A DNA stretch of 64,000 bases from positions 13,725 through 77,724 of the forward strand of contig CAZXLQ010000001.1 of the NCBI GenBank assembly GCA_964641945.1, read 5' to 3'. The notes below the pieces were generated by a model that searched no databases, was not told where the DNA came from, and worked only from the letters and a program-made list of their open reading frames with translations. The stretch is from an uncultured Clostridia bacterium (GTDB taxonomy: Bacteria; Acidobacteriota; Blastocatellia; UBA7656; JADIYM01). Shown here piece by piece: positions 39,417-47,588 of this stretch (position 1 is its first letter; each line of letters opens with the position of its first letter). The position numbers and the translations under genes were made by a program.

Positions 39417-39647
39417 ATGTCCTACACGGCCATCAACGACATGCGCTCGGCACGATACCCGCTCCAAGGACTCGGCTGCGGATGCTCGGCACCGGCTTCG
39501 GTCGGGTCATTCGGTGGTCTCGGGCAAACCGTGACCTCCAACTGGATGCCGTGGGCAATCGGTGGCGTCGCCCTTCTCGGACTGGGCGTGGGCTCCTACT
39601 TTGCCCTGAGGCCGGTACGCAGGAATCGGCGACGGAGACATCGGTGA
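39417..39647 (+). CDS. doubtful small membrane protein
   Basis: isolated plus-strand ORF in a minus block. Confidence 0.3.
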   Translation: MSYTAINDMRSARYPLQGLGCGCSAPASVGSFGGLGQTVTSNWMPWAIGGVALLGLGVGSYFALRPVRRNRRRRHR

Positions 39648-39820
39648 GAGTGAAAGTCTGGCGAGAGCGGCCCGGGGTGATCGGCCCAGGACCCTGCTGG
39701 TGCGCTCTGGTCGACGGAATGTACCTGCACGTACACGACCGACTGATCGCCCTGCTGTTCGCGCTGATCACCAGTCCACGGAACGAACGATGTCTCGTCG
39801 GCTGGTAAGTCAGGTCGAGT

Positions 39821-40027
39821 TCATGAGATTACGCGTTCCCAGTCTCTGAGCAGCACGTCGTCCACGACGGTCTCGTAGGCGCGGCATGGACCCGGACCGC
39901 TGAGGCCGATCAGACCGTTCTCGGAGATCGAAACGACCACCCACGTCTCAGACGCATGGGCGGTCTTCTCCTTCCAAACCTGCCCAGTTGCGATGGTCGG
40001 ATGCGTTGCCTTCAGCTTCTTCGCCAT
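39821..40027 (-). CDS. hypothetical protein
   Basis: 68 aa. Confidence 0.45.
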   Translation of the reverse strand: MAKKLKATHPTIATGQVWKEKTAHASETWVVVSISENGLIGLSGPGPCRAYETVVDDVLLRDWERVIS

Positions 40028-40037
40028 GATGACTTTC

Positions 40038-40406
40038 CTAGGCGCCCAAGCGCTTGAGTGCCATCAGCGGCCTGACGGATCTCCGCAGCTTGTGAAGCGC
40101 ATTGATTGCCTTCGCGAGCTTCTGAGCTTCGTACGCGTTCCAGGTCTCACGACGACCCTTCTCATTCGCCCGCGAGCGAAACTCTGACAACCCAACGAGG
40201 AGCTTGTCGACGACAGGAAGCATCTCCGCGAACTCGTTCTTCGGTCGGTCCCACATGCTTTTGAACAAGTCGACCGTCCTCAACAACCCTTGCGCTGAAA
40301 CGCCGGACTGCTGCTGAGCGCGTACCAGAGCGATGCGAAGGTCGGAGCCGATCAGCCAACCCATCTCCCGGCAGATTGCCTTCTCTTCGTCCGACACGGT
40401 CATCAA
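40038..40406 (-). CDS. hypothetical protein
   Basis: 122 aa. Confidence 0.5.
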   Translation of the reverse strand: MMTVSDEEKAICREMGWLIGSDLRIALVRAQQQSGVSAQGLLRTVDLFKSMWDRPKNEFAEMLPVVDKLLVGLSEFRSRANEKGRRETWNAYEAQKLAKAINALHKLRRSVRPLMALKRLGA

Positions 40407-41089
40407 AGCCCTCGACGGCCGAAAGAACGCAGAACCGAAGCGATGCTCTCCAGCTTGGAGACGATTCGCAGCTCAGGCGCCAGCCTGTACATCAACTCAG
40501 GCTCAGTCGGCTCGGGCATGTAAACAACGAGTGGCCTGCCTCTCCCAGCGAACCACCCAGCTTCCAGATGAGCGCTCTTGCCGCAGTCGAGCACCAGGAC
40601 CACCGCATCAGCAGACCGCATGCCTTCGTAATCGGCATCAAACGCACGCTGGGCCGATGGATGCGTGAGCGCTTTCCCCAAGACCTCTGCGCTCCATGGC
40701 TTCGGCCCAGCAACGTCTACCCAGCGAAACCCAGACTCGTCGCTGCGAAAGTCGTAGACATCGAACCCATCAGCACGCAGCGCGCTGACCACCGCGGGCT
40801 GGTGGATGTTCTTCCACGAAGACGCAACGTATATGCTCTGCGGTGCGCGGCGCGTCTGATCGCTCAAGAGCGAGGCCAACCGTTGCGCACACGCTGAGCA
40901 CCCCGGAACGTTCATCTCGTAGAACGCAACGACCGCGTGAGCAGCCGACCCAAAGACCCTCTCACCCTTCTCCGGGACCCGACCGCACCACGTCAACGAC
41001 TGCAAAAAGCAGTGGTCCTCCAGCCCGCGCGTGATGGAGTCTGGTCCGCAGTCAGGCGGCAATCCTCGCAAGATGCAGAGAGGCCTCAC
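40403..41089 (-). CDS. hypothetical protein, possibly nucleoside 2-deoxyribosyltransferase-like (flavodoxin-like fold)
   Basis: IYVASSW..ADAVVLVLD..EAGWFAGRGRPLVV pattern; weak. Confidence 0.45.
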   Translation of the reverse strand: MRPLCILRGLPPDCGPDSITRGLEDHCFLQSLTWCGRVPEKGERVFGSAAHAVVAFYEMNVPGCSACAQRLASLLSDQTRRAPQSIYVASSWKNIHQPAVVSALRADGFDVYDFRSDESGFRWVDVAGPKPWSAEVLGKALTHPSAQRAFDADYEGMRSADAVVLVLDCGKSAHLEAGWFAGRGRPLVVYMPEPTEPELMYRLAPELRIVSKLESIASVLRSFGRRGL

Positions 41090-41988
41090 AAATCAACCGG
41101 CATCAGCTCACGAGCCAATCCGACGTCCCAGAACGGGCTCGACCAAACCGCACGCCTTGTCTTGTCGTAGCGGCTACGACCACCGTCTCCCGGCTCGTCC
41201 TGCCAAGCGGCATACTTCTTGGTTCCGAGCTTGCGGATGAGCCTCTTTGCGAAGTCGATCGCCTTTTCGTTGATCCGAAGTGGAAGCGCGGCGTCGAGGC
41301 AGCCCTTGGCAATGGCCGGCGCGTTCACCGAGAACGCGTGGTAGACGCACATCGCGACGTCGATCTCCGGCGGCAGTAGTACCGATGGCAAACCGATGAA
41401 GCTGTCGAGGCACGGCTGCAAAGTGAACCTCTTGTAGATGTCCAGCTCTGTGCTGCCGTAACCGGCCGCAAGCCACTCGGCGGCATAGTCGATCTGAGCC
41501 CGGTGCGTCCCATGCGCAGCGAAGAGACGATGGAACCGCTCGGCCCACGCCTTCTGCCGCTCGCTCCCGAGACGCGGCACCTTTCCCTCCGGACCGCTGA
41601 ACTCGTTGCGAATCGACCTGCCAGATGCCTTCACGCCTTGCACGTCGCGCAGGACACCGTCCCGACCCACCTGCCAGCCTTGCGCGGCCAACGCCCCACG
41701 GACTTCTTCTGCGTCCGCTGGCGCTGCTGTCATGACCCGACCGAGCAGAGCGAAGAAGGAACCTTGCTCCAAGCTCCTGGGAGAGACGGCGATGTTGTGA
41801 AGCAACCCGGCGCTCATGCCAGCACCGTCGTAGCTCTGCACGGTGCCGAAGTGCGAACCCTCCAAGCGACTCGTGAGCCAGACCGCCCGCATGATGTGCA
41901 GGTTCTTTTCGGGACCCAGCTCGACCGGCGGCCCGCCGTCCACGATGTAGCCGGAGTAGTTCTTGTAGGTGACCCAACGGGTTCTCAT
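41086..41988 (-). CDS. hypothetical protein
   Basis: 300 aa; ATGA overlap. Confidence 0.55.
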   Translation of the reverse strand: MRTRWVTYKNYSGYIVDGGPPVELGPEKNLHIMRAVWLTSRLEGSHFGTVQSYDGAGMSAGLLHNIAVSPRSLEQGSFFALLGRVMTAAPADAEEVRGALAAQGWQVGRDGVLRDVQGVKASGRSIRNEFSGPEGKVPRLGSERQKAWAERFHRLFAAHGTHRAQIDYAAEWLAAGYGSTELDIYKRFTLQPCLDSFIGLPSVLLPPEIDVAMCVYHAFSVNAPAIAKGCLDAALPLRINEKAIDFAKRLIRKLGTKKYAAWQDEPGDGGRSRYDKTRRAVWSSPFWDVGLARELMPVDL

Positions 41989-41997
41989 GGTGCGTCG

Positions 41998-42026
41998 AAT
42001 CTACGCACGACTGTCTGACAAGTCAA
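41998..42026 (-). promoter_or_regulatory. promoter TTGACT-N17-TAGATT with TGTCAGACAG operator in spacer, 9 nt before ATG 41988
   Basis: minus-sense gcgcTTGACTtgtcagacagtcgtgcgTAGATTcgacgcaccATG. Confidence 0.55.
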
Positions 42027-42080
42027 GCGCCGCGTGCTAGCGTGCGGCGAGCACTCTGAAAACCAAATAGAGGTAGTGGT

Positions 42081-42548
42081 TCGCAAGGGCTGCCCAGCGC
42101 CCTGAAGCTGATGACAGGTTGGGCCCCGACACGCCTCGCCCGCCGGGGGATATCGCAATGGCTGCCCAGCGCCCTAAAGCTGGTGACCGGGTGATGATAC
42201 GGCGACGCGTGCGACCTCCCTCGGGTCGCAAGGGCTGCCCAGCGCCCTGAAGCTGGTGACGGCCGCACGCTTGCTCACCGACTGCTCGGCCACGAGTCGC
42301 AAAGGCTGCCCAGCGCCCTGAAGCTGGTGACCTCGCGCCGCAGGGTGGACGCGCGCCCGAGGCGGACATCGCAAGGGCTGCCCAGCGCCCTGAAGCTGGT
42401 GACGTGTACGTGTGCGCGAGATCGGTGTCGCGCAGCACGTCGCAAGGGCTGCCCAGCGCCCTGAAGCTGGTGACGGAGCGACCTTTTCCCCCCACGAGAT
42501 CCTCGACCGTGCATCGCAAGGGCTGCCCAGCGCCCTGAAGCTGGTGAC
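42081..42548. CRISPR. CRISPR-like array: 7 repeats of about 35-36 nt, 6 unique spacers of 36-39 nt
   Basis: repeat (G/A)TCGCAAGGGCTGCCCAGCGCCCTGAAGCTGGTGAC starting at 42081, 42153, 42226, 42297, 42369, 42440 and 42514; repeats 1 and 2 carry point variants; internal hairpin GGGCTG/CAGCGCCC; no cas genes in window. Confidence 0.8.
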
Positions 42549-42656
42549 GTGTTGGCATGGCGACCAAAGACAACGGCCTCGACGGCTTTCGCCACCGAGG
42601 CCGCTGCCTCCACAACATGAAGGAGGTCACGTCAACCGCAGGACAAGACCGTACCA

Positions 42657-43148
42657 TCAGCGCACCGTCGCAGCAACCCACACGATTGCCGTCACGACGA
42701 CTCCGACAGCAAACCAGAGCGCCGGGTGCTCAAACCATGACCTCTCCGCTGCCGCTCGCGTCGCCTCTCTCGCCTCCACCAAAGCTGCCGTCAGCTCCGC
42801 CTGACGTGCCGTCCACAGGTCATCCCGAAGACGCAGACGTTCCTCACAGGCGCTGATCCTTGATCGCTCCATTTCCACACGCACGTCGCAGGTCTCGCGA
42901 TCTCGCTCGGTGGTGCGATCGAGCAGGTACCGCATGCGCTCATACTCTTGCTGGATCTGGAGCAGATCCGCCGCACCGATGAGCAGCCCGTCACGAGGAG
43001 CAGGCGCTCCACGACGCAGAGGAAGGATCTCCTCCGGCTCAGGAAGCCGCAGCTCTGTTGCTTCCGGAGTCTCCTGAGCCGCCGACCGGGCAGGGAGCAT
43101 CAGAAGCAAACTGAGGAGGAAGGATAGAGCGCGGGCCATGAGTAGCAT
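42657..43148 (-). CDS. secreted/membrane coiled-coil protein
   Basis: N-terminal signal-like LSFLLSLLLMLPARSAAQ, C-terminal TM ALWFAVGVVVTAIVWV. Confidence 0.5.
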   Translation of the reverse strand: MLLMARALSFLLSLLLMLPARSAAQETPEATELRLPEPEEILPLRRGAPAPRDGLLIGAADLLQIQQEYERMRYLLDRTTERDRETCDVRVEMERSRISACEERLRLRDDLWTARQAELTAALVEAREATRAAAERSWFEHPALWFAVGVVVTAIVWVAATVR

Positions 43149-43158
43149 CGTAGCGCAA

Positions 43159-43401
43159 TCAATCGAAGTGGAACGCGCGGTGCTCGGCGAGCTGCGTCTC
43201 GTGGTCGAAGCGATGCGAGTAGACTTCCATCACACGCTGCATCTCACCAGGACTGGCCGCTATCTTGCGGACATCATCACCGGGCATGACGTGGACTGGA
43301 TAGTCCTCATGGTCGAACGTGTCGCACACGATCAGCGTGTGCGTCGCGCCCCTCGCCTTGCCTTCGGTGAGCCACGTCCGGATCTCGTCCTTCGTCGTCA
43401 T
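43159..43401 (-). CDS. hypothetical protein (start at MTTKDEI)
   Basis: TGTCAGACAG site directly upstream of ATG. Confidence 0.45.
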   Translation of the reverse strand: MTTKDEIRTWLTEGKARGATHTLIVCDTFDHEDYPVHVMPGDDVRKIAASPGEMQRVMEVYSHRFDHETQLAEHRAFHFD

Positions 43402-43407
43402 GGAAAC

Positions 43408-43416
43408 TGTCTGACA
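43408..43416. promoter_or_regulatory. TGTCTGACA operator-like site abutting ATG 43401
   Basis: TTGACT lies 24 nt further upstream (minus sense). Confidence 0.45.
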
Positions 43417-43441
43417 GGTTCTTTCGACGGAGTCAACCAAG

Positions 43442-43512
43442 TTCGGGGAGAGGGACTCGAACCCCCGTGAACTGGACCAAGGCCAGTCGTCCTGCCGCTA
43501 GACGATCCCCGA
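43442..43512 (-). tRNA. tRNA (anticodon loop CCTTGGT; TTG, Gln-type, C33)
   Basis: acceptor 7/7, T-loop TTCGAGT. Confidence 0.6.
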
Positions 43513-43513
43513 G

Positions 43514-43584
43514 CGCAGCGTGCGGGAGTCGAACCCGCCTGGCGTCGGTGAAAGCGACGCGGCCTCCCGGAAGCCCAACGCTGC
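43514..43584 (-). tRNA. tRNA-Glu(TTC)
   Basis: acceptor 7/7 (43515-21 vs 43578-84), T-loop TTCGACT, loop CTTTCAC. Confidence 0.75.
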
Positions 43585-43597
43585 ATCATCCAGATAG

Positions 43598-43670
43598 AGC
43601 CCCGAGCCGGTCTCGAACCGGCGGCCCCCTGCTTACAAGGCAGGTGCTCTGCCAACTGAGCTATCGGGGC
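43598..43670 (-). tRNA. tRNA-Thr(TGT)
   Basis: acceptor 7/7, loop CTTGTAA. Confidence 0.75.
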
Positions 43671-43851
43671 GGTTTCGTTCTTCACGCCATCGGTCAAGAA
43701 TCGCAGCCGTCTCACGCGTCGCAACGAAAAGCCGCACGGAGAGGCACGACTCGCACTGCCTGTCGCCAGAGTACGACGGCAGGACCCCTTCGTGCCCAGT
43801 GCGACCACACTTCTCGCAGATCGAGTAGAACTCGTGCCAGTAGTCGATCAT
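43633..43851 (-). CDS. doubtful small Zn-binding ORF whose 3' end overlaps tRNA-Thr
   Basis: CEKCGRTGH..CESC; overlap with tRNA 43598-43670. Confidence 0.25.
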   Translation of the reverse strand: MIDYWHEFYSICEKCGRTGHEGVLPSYSGDRQCESCLSVRLFVATRETAAILDRWREERNRPDSSVGRAPAL

Positions 43852-43867
43852 TCGACGAACTGTATCA

Positions 43868-43940
43868 TGCCGGTTGCGGGAGTCGAACCCGCCTGCTCCG
43901 CTTTACGAGTGCGGTGCTCTCCCACGAGAGCGTAACCGGC
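43868..43940 (-). tRNA. tRNA-Thr(CGT)
   Basis: acceptor 7/7, loop CTCGTAA. Confidence 0.7.
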
Positions 43941-43977
43941 GTATACTGCATGCGATGAGGCCCACCGCGACAGAACG

Positions 43978-44166
43978 ATGCGAATGATCTCAACGGCGAG
44001 AACGAGTCTGCTCGACGCTCAGTACGCGCTCGGAGCGATCTCCCGCTACTCACCCGAGGCCGCCGCGCTCCACAAGATCATCGTCGAGACCCGGAAGACC
44101 GTCGAGCGAATGCGTGTCGTCGACGCGCAAACCATCTCGCCCAACAAGAGGCGGAAGCGGCGCTGA
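43978..44166 (+). CDS. doubtful small ORF between tRNAs
   Basis: 62 aa. Confidence 0.3.
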   Translation: MRMISTARTSLLDAQYALGAISRYSPEAAALHKIIVETRKTVERMRVVDAQTISPNKRRKRR

Positions 44167-44239
44167 CGTCCCGTACGCGAATCGAACGCGTGTTTCCAGG
44201 TTGAGGGCCTGGCGACTTGAGCCGCTGGTCGAACGGGAC
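44166..44239 (-). tRNA. tRNA (anticodon loop CCCTCAA; CTC, Glu-type, C33)
   Basis: acceptor 7/7, T-loop TTCGATT. Confidence 0.55.
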
Positions 44240-44560
44240 ATCACGGAGACCGGAAGGCTCGAACTCCAACGCCTTGCGACGTCGCACCGGGTAGCGGCCG
44301 GGCCCAGCACCACCTGCTGGTTCAGTCTCCAAGCGGAAGAAGGAGGTCACGATCCCCAACGCCTTGCGACGCCGCTCCGCTTTCGAGGCGGACCCGGTCC
44401 CCGACCGGTTCTTCTTCCAAGCGGAGAGCGGAGGTCCTGACCCTCAGCGCCTTGCGACGCCGCAACCGCTTCCAACGGTACCCGAGCCCCGCTCGGTTCG
44501 CTCTCCATGGAGAAGTGGGGGCACGATCCCCAGCGCCGAAACGCCCATCGGTGTTCAAAG
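44240..44560. repeat. three or four degenerate ~90-nt tandem units with palindromic core CTTGCGACG(Y)CGC and tRNA-fragment-like GGTCACGATCCCC
   Basis: cores at about 44266, 44356, 44444; partial copy at about 44520. Confidence 0.6.
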
Positions 44561-44942
44561 CCGTGTCGAGCCCAGCTCGATTCCTTCTCCAGTCGGTGAT
44601 CCGTTCGAGTCCGGCGTCTACACACCTGAGTTACCAGCCCAGGACGCCTCAGCAGAAGTCGATTGTTCGGTCACGATCCTCCGCCGCCTGGCCGGGCGAC
44701 TTCAACGGACCGGAGGGACTCTACCCCCAAGGCGCAAAGCACTGGTTCATGATTTTCGCGCCAACCGCATTGACCAAGGGCCAGGAACCTCGCCGACCGG
44801 CGCCCAAGGTCTCACGTACCGTATCTTCCTCTGCTGTACGACACACCCGATTCCCCGAAGCGCTGCCTTGCCCGCCGTGCCAGCGTGCGTCTTCAGCCAT
44901 GGGTAGAAACCGGACTCGAACGGATCACTTACATTCTCACCT

Positions 44943-45455
44943 TCACGCAGCCTTGCCGAAGTAGGGCCGCCATGCCTCAGGGACAGCCCTGAGATCGAAC
45001 TTCTTGGGAACCACCGGAAGCCAGACAGGCTTCTTCGGCTGCCTGAGCAGCTTCATCTTCGCCTCCTCCGGCGTCCGGTTGCCCTTCTTCGAGTTGCACG
45101 GATAGCAAGCCGCGACGATGTTGTCCCATTCCGTACGACCACCTCGCGAGCGAGGGATGACGTGGTCGTAGTTCAGCTCGTGCGCCTCGAAGTCACCGCC
45201 GCAGTATTGACACTGGTGCCCGTCGCGGAGCAGCACGTTCGCGCGAGAGAACTTGATCGACACCTTCTTTCCGCGAGCCTTCCGCACCATACGGATGATC
45301 GACGGCATGTGCATCGCGACCGACGGGGAGCGGATCACCTCCGACGTCGCCTCCACGACCTCTGCCTTTTCGTCGTAGAGCAGGCAGATCGCCCGCTCCC
45401 AGGAGACGATCCGACTTGGTTGGTAGAACGAATCGAGGACGAGTACGCGCTGCAT
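44943..45455 (-). CDS. HNH endonuclease
   Basis: DGHQCQYCGG..YDHVIPRSRGG..WDNIVAACYPCNSKKGN. Confidence 0.75.
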   Translation of the reverse strand: MQRVLVLDSFYQPSRIVSWERAICLLYDEKAEVVEATSEVIRSPSVAMHMPSIIRMVRKARGKKVSIKFSRANVLLRDGHQCQYCGGDFEAHELNYDHVIPRSRGGRTEWDNIVAACYPCNSKKGNRTPEEAKMKLLRQPKKPVWLPVVPKKFDLRAVPEAWRPYFGKAA

Positions 45456-45472
45456 GATCTGGCTCCGTGATC

Positions 45473-45545
45473 TGCGGACCGTCGGAGTCGAACCGACACT
45501 GAGCGGTGTTTGAAGCCGCTGCCTCTGCCGTTGGGCTACGTCCGC
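45473..45545 (-). tRNA. tRNA (anticodon loop TTCAAAC; CAA on a short-variable-arm scaffold, identity unclear)
   Basis: T-loop TTCGACT, acceptor 6/7. Confidence 0.5.
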
Positions 45546-45559
45546 GTTGAGGTTGGTCG

Positions 45560-45587
45560 ATAGTAAGGTTCGTGTCTGACAAGTCAA
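45560..45587 (-). promoter_or_regulatory. promoter TTGACT-N16-TACTAT with TGTCAGACA in spacer, upstream of tRNA 45473-45545
   Basis: minus-sense cttcTTGACTtgtcagacacgaacctTACTATcgacc. Confidence 0.5.
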
Positions 45588-45594
45588 GAAGCGA

Positions 45595-45668
45595 TGCGCG
45601 AGGACGGATTTGAACCGACACTTGCTAGGTTCTTAGCCTAGTGCCTCTGCCAGTTGGGCTACCCGCGC
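45595..45668 (-). tRNA. tRNA (anticodon loop CTAAGAA; identity unclear)
   Basis: T-loop TTCAAAT, acceptor pairs with one G-U. Confidence 0.5.
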
Positions 45669-45670
45669 GT

Positions 45671-45744
45671 TGCCGACGAGTGGATTTGAACCACCACTGG
45701 GTACGGTCTGAACGTACTGCCTCTGCCAGTTGGGCTACATCGGC
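45671..45744 (-). tRNA. tRNA (anticodon loop TTCAGAC; CAG on a short-variable-arm scaffold)
   Basis: T-loop TTCAAAT, acceptor pairs with one G-U. Confidence 0.5.
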
Positions 45745-45750
45745 GTGGAG

Positions 45751-45824
45751 ATGCACGACCAGAGATCGAACTCTGCTGGGGCGACGTGTGAGATCGCTGC
45801 CGTCTCCAGACGGCTCGTCGTGCA
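45751..45824 (-). tRNA. tRNA-Val(CAC)
   Basis: acceptor 7/7; imperfect T-stem; loop CTCACAC. Confidence 0.6.
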
Positions 45825-45924
45825 GGTTCAGATCGTCATCCGTGTCGCGCACACCTCGGCCGTGGCCACGGCCGCCGGACTCCTAGCCGGGACTGATGAC
45901 GATCCGGTTCGGTCCGCGGACCGA

Positions 45925-45996
45925 TCGGGCTGGCCGGACTCGAACCGGCAACTACTCCGCCCCGAACGGAGTGGGGTACCTTTCCCCTACAGCCCG
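45925..45996 (-). tRNA. tRNA-Pro(CGG)
   Basis: acceptor 7/7, T-loop TTCGAGT, loop TTCGGGG. Confidence 0.75.
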
Positions 45997-46077
45997 GAAG
46001 TCTGGGTGGCCGGTTCCGCCCCGGCGGCCTCGTGCTCCCCGAGCACGCGCTCTGCTTGCTGAGCTACACCCAGATGA

Positions 46078-46148
46078 TCGCAGCGGCGAGAATCGAACTC
46101 GCTCTGCCCGCGTATGAAACGGGTCCTCGGCCATCGAGGATCGCTGCG
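46078..46148 (-). tRNA. tRNA-Met(CAT) (Met/fMet/Ile2 not distinguished)
   Basis: acceptor 7/7, loop TTCATAC. Confidence 0.7.
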
Positions 46149-46231
46149 TTGGTTTGCGGCCCCCGGAGTCGCGCCGGGTTGGCAAGGGGTATGAGCCCAA
46201 GCTGGTATCTCCACCTGCGCCGCACAAGACA

Positions 46232-46303
46232 CGCTGTCGGGTTGACTCGAACAACCATCTCCGACTTCGGACGTCGGGATCCTATCCTTTGGACTACGAC
46301 AGC
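46232..46303 (-). tRNA. tRNA-Arg(CCG)
   Basis: acceptor 7/7, loop GTCCGAA. Confidence 0.75.
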
Positions 46304-46779
46304 TTTTTCCACGAAAGCGGGACAAGTAGCCCGTGGTCCATCTCCCAGTGGCAGTTGCGACACAGGATCGCCACGTTGTCCTCCGCGTTGACCTCTGAGA
46401 GCGAAGCGCTCTCGCTGAACCCCGAGATTGGCTTGATATGGCAGAACTCGACATGCTTCGAGTACCCACAGTTCTCACACACTCTTGCACGGTGAGCGTT
46501 TGATTCGCGGCAGTGAGTCCGTACCAGCGAGTGTCGCCACGGCCCATCCTTGGAACGCTGAAGTTCTCCCAACGTGCGCTCACGCGACTTGTCCACAGAG
46601 ATGCACGCGATGCACTTCTGCCTCCTGGACCGCTCTACCTGCACTCCGCAAGCGCTACATGCCGGACGCGGGTTTCGCTTTCTCTTGACGGTCTCCCTGT
46701 TTGTCATGCGCGCGGAGCAGGTGCGAGAGCAAAACCTTGGGTTCTCCGTCTCCTGGCCGCACGTGGCACACTTGACCAT
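46294..46779 (-). CDS. HNH endonuclease
   Basis: C-terminal CHIKPISGF..NVAILCRNCHWEMDHG; N-terminal Cys clusters; start at MVKCATCG. Confidence 0.75.
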   Translation of the reverse strand: MVKCATCGQETENPRFCSRTCSARMTNRETVKRKRNPRPACSACGVQVERSRRQKCIACISVDKSRERTLGELQRSKDGPWRHSLVRTHCRESNAHRARVCENCGYSKHVEFCHIKPISGFSESASLSEVNAEDNVAILCRNCHWEMDHGLLVPLSWKKLS

Positions 46780-46789
46780 GACGCGTGGC

Positions 46790-46817
46790 AATCTAGCCAC
46801 CCACTGTCTGACAGTCA
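46790..46817 (-). promoter_or_regulatory. promoter TTGACT-N16-TAGATT with TGTCAGACAG in spacer, 10 nt before HNH ATG 46779
   Basis: minus-sense gcgTTGACTgtcagacagtggtggcTAGATTgccacgcgtcATG. Confidence 0.55.
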
Positions 46818-46892
46818 ACGCCCACGGAGGGACTTGAACCCCCACGAGACCCAGGTTCGTAGCCTGGCGCTCTATCCATTGAGCTACGCGGG
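46818..46892 (-). tRNA. tRNA-Arg(ACG)
   Basis: loop CTACGAA, acceptor pairs with one G-U. Confidence 0.7.
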
Positions 46893-46899
46893 CAGAAGA

Positions 46900-46974
46900 C
46901 CGCGACCGGAGGGAGTCGAACCCACATCGATCCATTACGGTTCACTCGTTTAGAAAACGAGACCGGTACGGTCG
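46900..46974 (-). tRNA. tRNA (anticodon undetermined)
   Basis: canonical T-arm, acceptor 7/7 (46901-07 vs 46968-74); internal arms ambiguous. Confidence 0.5.
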
Positions 46975-47481
46975 CCCAGATGTAGCCAGGCCATGGGCCT
47001 TCGCCCACTTTCTGACAGCGTTATCCGACACGCCGAACATCTCACCGAGCGCGACCCACGAGTGCGTCTCCAACAACTTCTCAAGCTCCTCCTTCTCTGG
47101 TCGCTTCGCGATTCGCGAAGCCATAGCGGAGCATTCGTACGAGCAAAAACGCGCGTTGAACGTCTGGCGTCCGCATCGCTCGCACGTGGACGATTCGCGA
47201 GGCCCGTAGCGCTCCATATTGTGCGCGGCCACATGCTGCCTGTGATCCATGACCTCCAAGTTCTCTGGACGGTTGTCGTCCTTCAGCTCGTTCTTGTGAT
47301 GGACGCTTTCGGATGGCAGTACCCAGCGGCCGATCGTGATCGATGCGACGTGACGATGGACGTAAACCTTCCCCTGACTGTTTGCGAGCGGGTGAGATTT
47401 ATCCAGAAAGTACATGTACCCGAGCGTCTTGTCCTTCTTCGGCGGCTTTGCGCAAGGATCCCAACTGTACTCTTGGTCCAT
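46942..47481 (-). CDS. HNH endonuclease (HNH_3-like) with C-terminal HTH
   Basis: HHKNELKDDNRPENLEVMDHRQH; 3' end overlaps tRNA 46900-46974. Confidence 0.75.
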   Translation of the reverse strand: MDQEYSWDPCAKPPKKDKTLGYMYFLDKSHPLANSQGKVYVHRHVASITIGRWVLPSESVHHKNELKDDNRPENLEVMDHRQHVAAHNMERYGPRESSTCERCGRQTFNARFCSYECSAMASRIAKRPEKEELEKLLETHSWVALGEMFGVSDNAVRKWAKAHGLATSGRPYRSRFLNE

Positions 47482-47515
47482 GTTTTTGGCCTAGAATGTT
47501 GAGGTTCGAATGTCA

Positions 47516-47583
47516 AGGACCGACCGCGAATCGAACGCGGCTTCGACGGGTTGCAATCGTCGGTCTTCCCAGAAGACCGGTCC
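47516..47583 (-). tRNA. tRNA-Cys(GCA), tentative, compact D-arm
   Basis: T-loop TTCGATT, loop TTGCAAC, acceptor 6/7. Confidence 0.45.
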
Positions 47584-47588
47584 AGAAA

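Noticed and set aside
42001-42035. TGTCTGACA/TTGACT motif upstream of the first CRISPR repeat as array leader promoter
   Set aside because: On the minus strand it forms a complete TTGACT-N17-TAGATT promoter placed 9 nt before the ATG of gene 41086-41988, so it belongs to that gene. The array's degenerate repeats are at this end, which puts the leader at the opposite side.
42037-42804. ORFs 42037-42681(-), 42275-42613(-), 42174-42374(-), 42412-42804(+) across the CRISPR array
   Set aside because: They are translations of the direct repeats (recurring SGRWAALA / LQGAGQPLR peptides); the spacers give no conserved frame.
44560-44940. tmRNA
   Set aside because: I could not find a closing acceptor pair, a resume codon or tag ORF ending in hydrophobic residues, or the 5' GGGG..TTCGAC signature, so it is left as unresolved structured RNA.
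47490-47515. Plus-strand T-loop-like GAGGTTCGAATG
   Set aside because: No acceptor or anticodon arm could be paired around it; it overlaps the 3' flank of minus-strand tRNA-Cys.
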